In this document: one piece after another, positions 36,901 through 48,900 of the stretch
Layout of the letters: the number at the start of each line of letters is the position of its first letter
Position numbering within the stretch: position 1 is the stretch's first letter
NCBI RefSeq assembly: GCF_036321535.1
Contig: NC_087437.1
Span: 4,464,001-4,528,000 of the forward strand
Source: Camelus dromedarius
Taxonomy: Eukaryota
Direction: 5' to 3'
Length of the DNA stretch: 64,000 nt
Translations under genes and position numbers: made by a program
Notes under the pieces: model-generated
Databases searched by the model: none
Seen by the model: the letters and a program-made list of their open reading frames with translations, nothing else
Told to the model about the DNA's origin: nothing

Positions 36901-39900
36901 TTTGCCCCTCTCTTTTTTCCTGCCTCTTTTCACACGTCATATTGGCTCCTTAGATAGTAAACTCTGTAAGGGAACAGAGAGCATCTTGTTTATCTCCACG
37001 TCCTCGTTCCTGCTTTAAACTCCGAAAACAACAAATCAGTCAAGAGATGTTTTGTTTAGTTTTTGCTACGTGTAAAACAAAAATGACTGTGGTATTTGAG
37101 ATGGAAGACTTCTCTTGGGTCACATCAGACTTCCAGAGAGGGAACTTCCTGAGAGCCTTCCAGAGCCACTGCTGGAAGTGGAGGAATGGAGACTGGCCAG
37201 CCACAGACATCCCCAGACTGCGTGCGTGTGGCTCCCTCAGCCCTTTGCTCAAGGGTACCCTTTCAGGAGAGCCTGCCCGCACCATTCTGTTTAAAATGGA
37301 GTCTCGTCCAGTGCTTCCATCCTGCTTCCTCTGTTCTAATATTCTTTCCCATATCTCTTCCTAAGTGTATGAAATTTAGGAGTCGGTCATACCTGTCTTT
37401 AACGTCTCTGTCCCTTCCAACCCCCCACCCCCCAGATACAAGCGCTGTGAGGGCAGAGAAATTTGTCCTTGTTTAGCCCAAGCACCTAGCCGAGGGCCAG
37501 ACGTAGAGCTTGTGTCCACGAGGCATTTGTTGGAGGAATGAACGGCCTTGCACAAGAGAAGTATAACCTCTCGTGTTGACAGAGCGTTACAGACAGCAGA
37601 CAAGGGTGGGGACGGCACAGCTGAATAAAGTGTCCTGTTCTGACGCTAGACTAGGTGGCTGTACCTCCCCAGCCCTGCTTTTTTTATTGAGGTATAATGA
37701 TCACCCCTCCTTTTCACTCATCACCATAGTCTAATGTCTAGTTTGTTTCTCCAAATTTGGGAAGATTTGGGCACTTGACACACAGTTAGCTTCTCCGTTT
37801 TGACTTCTCTCACCAGTCAGACCGTAGATGGCTGTCATTACCTGTGTGGGTAACCCTCCTGCGCTCTCTGCATCCTGAGCACAGGTCTGTGGTCAATCAC
37901 CAGCTCCTCTGAGGATCTGTTCAAAAGAATGGATGTGCTCTCCAGGAAAAATGGACATAACTTTTTTTTTGCATATAATTTCAGTGGTCACCAGACTCCT
38001 AAATCTCATACATGGACCTCAGGTTAAGAACGTCTGTGTTTTAGCCTGATAGTTCTTTGACAGAACAAAGTCAGATTTCCCCAAGTATCCGGAGTGGCCT
38101 TCCGTGCTCCAGTCCTGCCACTGGCCCCATCGCCCGCTGCCTCTCATTTGCACGCTTCACAGGGGCTCCACCCATTCTTTTGACATTACCTGAACTCACT
38201 CTGCCATGTCACACTTGCATACTTGTACATGCTGTTCCCTCTGCTCAAAACCCTTCCTCACTCTCCGGGGGAACATCTCCACAGTTCAAACGTCTGTTCA
38301 GAAAAGTGTTCCCTACCTCCCCCTCTCTTCCTACCATTAAGTTACTGTCATCTGCGTTGCCTTCTCTCGCTGTGGTGCTTCCAGCCTAGCTTCTGTGACT
38401 TCTGACGCACTCCCTTCCTCTCCCCACGACACTGGAGCACCTTGAGAGTGGGGTTGTGTTTTGTGCGTTCCTGTAGCCCCCTTGCCCTGCATAGGAACTG
38501 ACATGCCCTGAGTGCTTAGTTAACATTGTCAGTAGAATATTGTTTGCGAAAATACTCATCTTACCTTTGGGAGTAGCTTAAGTCGTGGACTGTCGACTAG
38601 TATGTAAGAATTTTATGTACTAATTCTACATTAGGGATGTTTGACTGGTTCTTGAAGTAAATTCTGTTTTCTGGAAAATGTGAGAAGAAAAACTGAAACA
38701 GTTTCCTGTACCTCTCTCTGTTCCAGAGCAGAAGCGCTGAGTGAGCCTTTAACAAAGCCTTTATGCAAAGTCAAGTCAACGAATAATAAACCAAAGCCGC
38801 CTCCAACGAGAGCACATTTCCCTCTAGGAACTAACCCCTTCCTTGACCGACCTCAGCCGTTTATCAGCCCACAGTCCTGTGACGCCCAGGGACAGAGGTA
38901 TACGGCAGAAGAAATTGAAGTTCTCAGGTAACTCAGTTTATGATTCATTGTCGTCAACAATTTCGGGAACATAATCAGTGCAGGTGATGTGAGTCTCATT
39001 AGGTGTGCCGAGTCGGAGTCACATCTTTGTTATGGTGTGTCTTGCTGTCGTTATGTGATTATAAATTATATTGTCACATAGCCACAGCTTGAAATAGTTC
39101 AAATTTGTCCTAACATATATTCACATGTATTCACATTTCCACTAGAGGTATGTTTTTCTGAACATCCTAGTGTTCTCCAGGACTGAACAATGCAGGTTGC
39201 GGGGCAGAGCAGGGCAGCAGCGGCAGACCGCTCAGCGTCCCCGCCACACGGTGACCGGAGCCCTGGTGGGGAAACTGTCACCTTGAAGTGGCCATCCGGG
39301 CCGGAGTCAGCAAAGGGAAGCCGCAGGGGCTGAGTGGTTTTTCACACTGCTTTGAAGGGTTATAAAAAAGAAGACCGAAAACCTCAGAACATGTGACACA
39401 GATCTCATTACAAAGCAGAAATTAACTAATATCCGGCCCTTTCAATGAAATGATTCTGTGTGACGCTGTCATGGTGGCTGCGTGTCATTACGCATTCGTC
39501 AAAGCCCACAGAATGCACAACGTCAGGAGTGAGCCCTCATGTGAACTGTGGGCTTTGGTTGGTAATGATGTGCCCGTGTTGGCTCATCAGTTGTACCAAA
39601 TATGCCACACTGGTGAGGGATGTTGAGGGTAGGGGAGTATATACGTGTGGGTGGGGAGGGCTGTGTGTAAACTCTCTGTAGTTTCTGCTCAATTCTGCTG
39701 TGAACCTGAAACTGCTCTAAAAAATAAAGTCTATTAATTAAAAAAAAAATTAATAATAATAATATCTGGCCCTTTACGGAAAAAGTTTGTCAACCCCTGC
39801 TCTGGGAAGCCAGTTCAGTGTCTGGAAGCAGCCCCAGGGGATAATTCAAAATGCAGAGCAAGGATGTGGAAATTCTTGCTCGTCCGGCCGGCATGGCTGC

Positions 39901-42900
39901 TGTGGGTGGGATGGGTCTCTGAGCCAGCGCGGCCGCTTCTCACCCCGGCTCCAAGGGAGAGCCCACCTGCTCAGAGCTGCGCGGGTCACAGAGTTGCTTG
40001 TTCAGGCTCCGAAAATTGCACTGAAAGGGCTCTTCCTCCTAAGCAGCCACCTGCAGGCAGTTTTCTCTCCTTCCCTGCTGAAGATTTTAATTTTCCTCCT
40101 ACCAATCTGGCCCTCTTGGCCCAGGAGAAATACGCACGAACCAACACAGCACAAAGCAGGACAGAAACGGTGGTTTTGGACCTGAGAGGCAAGTGCGTCC
40201 CAGGCCAGCACTTTGGCTACTCAGTGTCCATTTGCTCCCTTCTGCACACGTTTGAAGTTTCTCAGTGCGTGCGGCAGGGCAGCTCTGTGTCCCTGCTGAC
40301 AACACAGTTGTCCTGCATGCGGGGAAAGGCCTCATCATCACAGGATGAAGGTTCACACCGATCCTGCGTCCCTCGTCAGCTGTCCTTGAATTCTGTCACA
40401 GCCCCACTGGACAGTGTTCCCTAGAGGCCAAATGGTGAAGTAACCCTACAGCTACTTCTAAATAAAAAGAGGGAAGGACGCAGAGAGGGAGAGAGCCTTC
40501 TAACATATGCAGACAAACGTCCACAAAACGAGGAGCGTGCAGAGCAGCTGCAGACCACGCTTTCTCTGTCAGGAGGCCGTAACCGTGACCTTCCTTTGTG
40601 CCCTACCTGTTCCTTGTTCTCATGGCCAGAAAATGTAAAGAACACATTTCCCAGAATTATAAACCTCATGTTTTTTAAACCCCCAGCTAACTAAGCAATT
40701 GCTGTCTCTCTTCGGGCTTAGGATACAGTTCGCCTTGTGTCCTGGTGACACTTCCAGTACCTCGAGTGTCGCCTGTCTTGAGACTGTTCTCCTGTGAAGG
40801 ATGTTAGTCCTAAAAGAGTAACTCTTATTGAATTGAATTGAATCAGTTATTTTCTGGTATTCAACTATTTTGTGAAAATTTTGTTCAGTTATTAACGAGA
40901 TTGTCATTTTAATTTTATTATAGTATCATATCTTGTCATTTAAATTAGAAGGAGTTTCAATAAGATTGGTAATCACAGTAGACCTGAACATTTGCTTGAG
41001 GTTTTTCCCTTGTGTTTTATAGGACAACATCAAAAATAAATGGTATAGAATATGTTCCTTTCATGAGTATTGATCTGAGGGAACGTTTTGCGTATCCAAT
41101 GCCTTTCTGGTAAGTAAGCAATATTCCAATTTTTACTTTCAAGACTGTTCTAAGTTGGCAACATTTTTTCCATAGTCTGAGTTCAGTTAAATTCATAGCC
41201 TTGAAATTAAAATTTGCTGTGAAAAATTTGATTGGTAGAGGGGTGTGGCTGTGGGCAGGAGGCGGGGAGACGTGGCGAGCGTGCCTGTGGACCGTTCCCT
41301 AGTGGTGGGACACGTGGTCTCCCTTGACCTAACATTGTGCGCATGGCGTCCAGCACAGCGGCTGGCGCAGAGTAAGTGGTCAGTGAACGTTTGTTAGATT
41401 GGCTTTTGATCACAGCAGAAATTCACATCAGTAGAGGAGAGGAATTCCTGGGAAGGTGGAGTGGAATAACAGTATCGTTGTTTACCGAGAAGATTCAATT
41501 CAAGAAACAGTTAACTGTGAAGGTGTTAGCACAGCCTTCTGGGACAGTGCAGCTGTGTCAGAAACCTTAAAAATACCATTTGGTTCAGGACTCCTGGCTT
41601 CTAGTCATCCTAAGGAAATTGAAATTCGATCAAAGATGTATGTAATAAGAGCATTTATCAAAATGTCCATTACAGCAAACAGTTATTTAAACAGACTTGG
41701 TGTCTAACAACAGAGGAGTGATTAAATAATATCATGTTCATATTATTATTTAAATATCATGCTACCCATAAAAAAATAAGTCTTTGATGGGGCGGGTATA
41801 GCTCAAATGGTAGAGTGTGTGCTTAGCATGTGCGAGGTCCTGGGTTCAATCCCCAGTACCTCCTCCAAATAGAAATAAATAAATAAACCTAATTTCCTCC
41901 CCCTCATAAAACAAACAAATAAAAAAATTCTTTGAAAAATATAGGGGAAACGCTTACAGTGTAGTACATTTAAAAAGATAAAAACTTTTTTCATGTATTT
42001 ATAGATACATATGAAAAACTGATGTAAAGTTAGACATCAGAATGTTTCAAGTGGTTATGTCTGAGTAGCGAAATTGGGTGATTTACTTTTTAAAGCATTT
42101 TCAGTTTTCAGAATTTCTGCAATGGTCTTGTTATATTTATCAGAAAGCAGGGAGTCGAATGCTTATTATATACAGAATATATTAAGGCTCTACTAAGAGC
42201 AAAGAGCTGCTTTTTCATTTGTAGCGTTTGCTGTTGTGGGTGGGCAGAAGTTAGACAGAAGTTGTCAGCGTAAGTTTTCCCCTCAGACAACCATGTGATG
42301 CTATTTCGGTGGGGGTGGGGCAGGGGAGGAGGATCTAGGCATGTTTACGTGGGAGAAGTTACAGCACTGACGTTGGGGGCCCAGAGTCGCGAGCCAAGCT
42401 GTCCGGTGCCACATCCTCTGTGACGCTGTGCACGTTTTTTAATCTGTCCCAGATTTTAAAATACAAATAGAACCCACCTCATAGTGTTACTGTGATGATT
42501 AAATGAGTTGATAAAACAAAGCACTTGTTCATGGTGCTTGTTACATTGCAAGTGCCATGTAATAAGGGTCAACTGTTTACAAAGTAATTATTTTGTTGAA
42601 TAATGAATTATATTACGTAATTTGGCTGCATGTTTCAAATTAAAAATGTTTATACTCCTTCGACTATTACTTTTCACTTCAGGAAACCAGTTCTAAAAAT
42701 ATTTGCAGATGTAGTCAGAGGTTTGTATAAAAGATACTCATCAGTATTGTTATAATTATGAATGTGTGGAACCAGTTATTCCAGGATGTGCTTACTGGTT
42801 AAATCTAAGCAGAGATGGGGGAAGGGCCTAGCTCAAGTGGTAGAGAAAAAGTAACAGTAAGCACCCAGGAGGTCCCAGGTTCAATCCCCGGTACCTCCTC

Positions 42901-45900
42901 CAAGCGGAAATCAATGAAGAAACCTAATTACCTCCCCCTCACAAATCTAAGCAGAGAGATAAACCTGTAGTTCCAATCTTTGTGTAACAGAGTAAGAGAA
43001 ATCATATTTGTAGTGCTCATATAACAGAATGTCCACAGAAGAATTTTGTACAGCCATGAACAATCAAGTTTTCACAAAATGAAGTAAATGGGGAGATGCT
43101 TACAGCATATTGATTGAGACAGAAAAATGAAGTACTGTACCAGCTCCCTTAATTCAGGCAGAGCACTTGTCACAGCTGGGATTCTACACGTGTGTGATCC
43201 TTGCTCTGCGCGGGTCCTCCACCCTGGACCGTGAGCTGCCCTGAGGCAGGACACACGTTACGTTGCCCCCAGGGCCGAGCACGCTGTCTGCAGGTGGTGG
43301 GTGCTTGGTGGATGCTTTCTGAACTGAAGAAAAATCTAGAATAAATAGAAAATTAACTACTCTGATTGCCAAGATTTTTGTTTTCTTTTGTGGATTATTT
43401 TACAGTAAGAATAATCAGAAGAAAAAGTAACAGTAAGCATTTTTTAATTCAAAGGCAACAGACTGGTGGCAAAAGGCTCACAGTTTATGGTGAGAAAGAT
43501 GGAGTGATTAAATTCTTTTCTTTTCTGGTCGTGTATAATAATAAACATATCTGTGAAATATTTTAAATATTTTTAAAGTTCTAAGAAAAAAGATTGAGTT
43601 TGGTGATTTAATGATGACTTTTGAGAGAACAGATATTAAGGAGTCTTGGATTTACTCAATTATGGTTCACATGGCAGGTTCATAATACTAAATAATTTGA
43701 TTGTAGATTTGAATCAGCCTTATTTTTTCTCCTCAAAATATTGTGATGGCTGTCCTTGTAAATTCACCAGCTCACTGTCTGCAGTCAGCACCTGATACTA
43801 CACAGGTACCAAAATGTGGCCCAGAACACTGGTGGTTCTGTGAGACCTGTGAGGTGGTCATCAGAAGAGTCTGAGAAGTGTCACCCACTGTGTGCTGCCA
43901 TCCCTGAGACACTGACAGTAAATTCTGTCTTTTCACGGTTTAGAGATGTCCTCCAATGAAAAACAGTGGTGCTCTAGCCAGGAACTTTCAGGTCACACCG
44001 GACCTCAAAACCCTCTTTCTTCTAGTATCTATCAACGTTCCTTTAGAAAAATGTTATATTTGTTTCAGTTTGCGTATCATATGCCCTACATTATCCTAGA
44101 AATCTTTTGAAACCCCCAAATTTTTTGCCCTTGCTTTAGAAGAGTTTTGAGAAAAGGCCGATTTAAAAAAAAAAAAAAAAAAACTTGTGCTGGACATCAA
44201 CTTTAGAGAAATATTACACAGTATATTCCCTGCACACTGTGAGTAGAGGATGATGGATAAGAATCGTGGATATGGCCCCAGAGACCAGATTCAAATATGC
44301 TGTCTGCTGCTGCTTATCTTATCTTGTTTTGAAGATGAAATGAATAATATCAATGAGATACTTTTGCGGGAAGCCAGGCACGCGGTCCTCATTCAGCAGT
44401 TAGGTGCTCTGTCCTTAGCCTTGCAGGGGAGTTGGCGCAGAGCCCACGCGAAGGCCTGTGGCTTCCTTGGTCCTTTGGGATGAGCCACACTGAGTTGTCT
44501 TTAAGGGCTCCATCTCACTGAAACTGAATTTCGTGAATATGACCTTTCTAAATCAAACTTTTGAAGTATGTTCTTTGGGGATGGGGGGTAATTAGGTTTT
44601 TTAATTTATTATTTATTATTTTTATTTATTTATTTTAGCAGAGGTACTGGGGACTGAACCCAAGACCTCATGCATGCTAAGCACACACTCTACCCCTGAG
44701 CTATACCCTCCCCCTTTTGAGGTATATTCTTAAAATAGATACAGGTGAGTTTAGGTTGCTCTGCTGTTTTCAGTTATTTGTACATTTTTTTCTGATTGAG
44801 AAGGACGATCGGATTGACTGGATTTAGGACTAAGGGTAAAGACCCAGATTTGGCCAGAGAGTTCTTAGGGTTACATAGTGTAGCTGTGATCACTTTCCCA
44901 AAAAAAGAAAAAACTCTCTAGGAAATTTAATTTTGCTTTTGAATCATTTTTTGAGATTAATTTTATCATCATTATTATTATTTAATTAATTATCACCTCA
45001 GTGATAGATGGGGCAAGCTACCGTTATCACCCAAACAAAAAGCTACATTTTCTAAGTGGGTGCGACCAGAAGACCTCACCAATAATCCTACCATGATTTA
45101 CACTGTGTCCAGTTTCAGCATAAAGCAGGTAAACATTCCTTTCGTGTAATTTTATATGAAAAGCCAACATTTTAAAGTAATTTGAATATAGATGACTTTT
45201 TTCTTAGGTTTTTTAGTATGTATTCAGATGCATTAGTATAATTGGAAAAATTATTCGTTCAGCACACTTTGACTTAGACATACTGAGATGATACAAGTAT
45301 GAATAACTCTTGAGCAGTTACATGTTTTTATATACACCCTCTTTGTTGGTACGTCCTTGCAGATGAGACAGTTGGGAATCTGAATTTCACCTCGGATAAG
45401 AGAATAGATGTAAAAGATGGATATTGGGCTTATTTAAAACACTGCAGTGGTGGGACAACTATATGGCTTTATCACAGCTTTAGTTACATTTCAGCATTGA
45501 AGTCACAGATGTTTTCCACGTTAGTATAAAAATAATGGTCCTTTATGGTTAAAGAGGGTGGGAAGGGATAAATTGGGAAATCGAAAATTGCACCTCTTGG
45601 GGAGTGATGGAAATGTTAGCTGTCTTGATTGTGGTGGTGCTGGTGGTTGCATGGGTGTCTGCATCTATCAAAATTCATCAAAGTGTACGTCTGAAATACG
45701 TGTGGTTTACTGTACAGGAACCACACCACAGTAGAGGGGTTAGAAAAAGTAATGGTCTTGGAATAATATGATTTAAGAATCTTTTGATGTGTGTATTCAT
45801 TTTAATTGGTCATATTATAATAAACCAACTTTAAAAAAATGCCTCTAAAAGCATTTTTTGTCATTAAAAGTAGTATAGATCAGTATACTTTTATCCATGT

Positions 45901-48900
45901 AGGAATGCACCATCCATATTTAATTATTCTAAATTAACTTCATTGGAATACTTTGTCTTTTCTAGAATTTGGTAGAACAAAATATGTGTTAGTTGGCAGT
46001 ATGGCATTTCTATTTATCATTTTCCTATTCAAGCAGTAGTCAGGATATTTTGTATAAAAAGTCAGACTCTAGGTGCAGTGCTTAAATATTGTAATAATGT
46101 TGAAATTGCATGAATAAATGAAAATATTAATAAATTCTTGTTAACAGACAATAGTATCAGATTGTTCCTTTGTGGCATCACTGGCTATCAGTGCAGCGTA
46201 TGAAAGACGATTTAACAAGAAGTTGATTACCAGGTAAAATTTTGTATTTGTCCCTTTAGCCCTTTTCATGTGATTTTCTCTTAACTAGAGATTAAAAACT
46301 TAGGCTTTATCTGCGCAGAAGGTGAAGAGGGCATATCACTTAGGAGAATATGGCCCTTGCATGTTAAGATGATTTGTGAACACGGGAAGATTTGCTAAGG
46401 TAGTCTAAGAACATAAGCGTGTGTAGTTAAGAGAATATATATGAAATAAATTATGTTTTGAGATAAATGAAATTGGCCAAATTAAAATCCTGTGATATTT
46501 GTAATTGCACTGTCCCGTGTGGTAGCCACTAGCCACGTGTGGATATTGAACACGTGAAGTGGGCTAGTCTGAGTTCAGATAGGCTGTAGGTATAAAACAC
46601 ATCAGATTTTGAAAACTTAGCACAAATGAACTATTAGAAAATATCTCACGTTTTTGTATTTATTACATGTTGAAATTTAATATTTTGGATATATTGGGTT
46701 AAATAAAAAATTTAATGTAAAACATTACATACGTGATATAAAGTAACATTTCTTTTGGCTAGAACTCATTTAGAATATACTGAAGTGTTACTGAAATACT
46801 TTCTCTTTCAATTTTATAAGTTTTATTAGCTTAAAATTGTTCATTGTAAAATGAAGCTGCATAATCTTTTTGTACAGCTTTTCTTGAGTGGTTTTGTGTG
46901 TTAAGTCCTGAAAGTACAGAGGTGAGTTAGATACAGACCTTAGTTTCAAGCTCTTTGCCATCTTGGATAAACAGACCATGTAAGTAAATAATACGCAGTT
47001 TGGAAAGAAAATTGATACTGACCGTTTCTACAAGTCTCTTACTGGATAATTTTGTGCTTTGTCAGAGTTAGTCACCTTAGTTGTGGTTAATTGAAACGGT
47101 CTTCTCTTTAGAGAAGAAATTGGTCTTGGGGCAAATAGTAGAGTATTTTAAGTGGCTTAAAATACATCCACTTAATAGAAGGTTTATCAGAGTATATAAT
47201 GGAAAACTGCGCACTTTTCAGAATACTGTGAAATTTATGCCCTGCTGGATGATCTCATAAGATACTCTTCATTTATTTATATTGAAAAAGCACTTCAAGT
47301 AGGATGAAATTCTTTTTCTTTTACAGGCCTATTGTAGAAAATATTCTTATGTTTATTTTTATAAAATTGACAATAGCATATGTCTAAATAAAATACAGTA
47401 TTCTGCATGGTAGCTTATATCGAATACTAATGTTGGTATTTCAATATTTCTTTTCCTTACAAAAGCATAATTTACCCTCAGAATAAGGACGGGGAGCCAG
47501 AGTACAACCCATGTGGAAAGTATATGGTGAAACTGCACCTCAATGGGGTCCCTAGAAAGGTGAGTCATGTATCCCCACTCCAACCCTCCTCCCACCTTCG
47601 AATCCTGAGTGGAGTCAGTAAGAAAAATGTTATTTTTGTAAACATTTAAAAAGTCAGGTTAGTTGATTTTGAGTCTGTGATACTATACATATCACTACCA
47701 GTAACATCGTGTGTTAATAATTAAAAATAAAAAAACATGACAAATATAAAGTCTTTTTAAAAATGAGTTTTGGGAAAACTTACAGAAAGTTCCAAGAAGT
47801 AACATTGGGCTCATGCTTGTTAATGCGTAAAATTAATTTTAATCTCATGGTTGTTAATTACCTTTTTGATTAAAAGGATTTCAGACAAACCAAGCCTGGT
47901 AGGTCAGAACAATTTAGGTGTGTAGTCTTAAGTTGAGATGTAAGACACCTTTAATGTTCTGTTTTCCTTTGTGAAATACACACATAGTTTGAAATTGCAC
48001 TCCTTTAACTTCTTTAAGGATTCTGAACCATGTCATAAGGGCCTTGTGTCGTTAGAATTCCCTAGTTCCGGTCAGCTCATGGAGGTCCATGGATCCACAT
48101 CAGCGTCACCTGGGAATTTGTTAGACTCCCACAGTTTTAGGCCTCATCCTGGACCTGCTGAATCAGAATATGCATTTAGACGAGATCCCCTAGTATTCCG
48201 GGGTGAGAAGCTGAGTTGTTGCTCTGTAGGTCAGTAACAGTCACACTTCAGTCTGCACAGAATCACCTGCAGGACTTGTGAAGACAGATTGCTGGGCCCC
48301 ACCACCAGAGTGTAGTGGGTCTGATGGGGCTGGAATTCACGTATCCAGCAGATTTCTCGGTGATGAAGATGCTGCTGTTGGCTGAGAACACCCTTTCAGA
48401 ACCCTGCTCTAGCTGACTTCTTAGAAACTAGACAAAATTATTGAGAATGGTTTTCCTGAACCATAATCTTTAAATAACCTCTTCTTTAAAGAATCTTTTA
48501 AAATGCAGTTGCTTAGTTCTTCTATTAATATTAGATCAAAATTCTTACCTTATTTCCCAGATAGCTCTATAATATGAATTAGAAACTATCCTTGTGGTGA
48601 TTACTTCTGTATTTCTATATTATTTAAATATATTTTTTAGCCATAGTATTTTACAACTGAACATAGCATGTCTTTTGCAGGTTAATATTGTTGTTTACCT
48701 TAATAGTGAGGCCCTTTTGTAATTATTTTAAATATAACGTTCATTTCTGAAATCCGTGATAATTTTGCTGGTAGATCCATAACATGTAACCAGTTGGCGT
48801 GAAGTTATCACCTGACAGGGACATTAACTTTTCAACTTAATTAAGACATGATAAGACACTTTATAGTTGATCAGATTCTAGAAATAGGAACCTGTCAGTA

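Noticed and set aside
47450..47465. Atypical acceptor ccttacaaaag at exon 9
   Set aside because: AAG acceptors are permitted; frame and peptide are fully consistent, and no alternative exon is supported.
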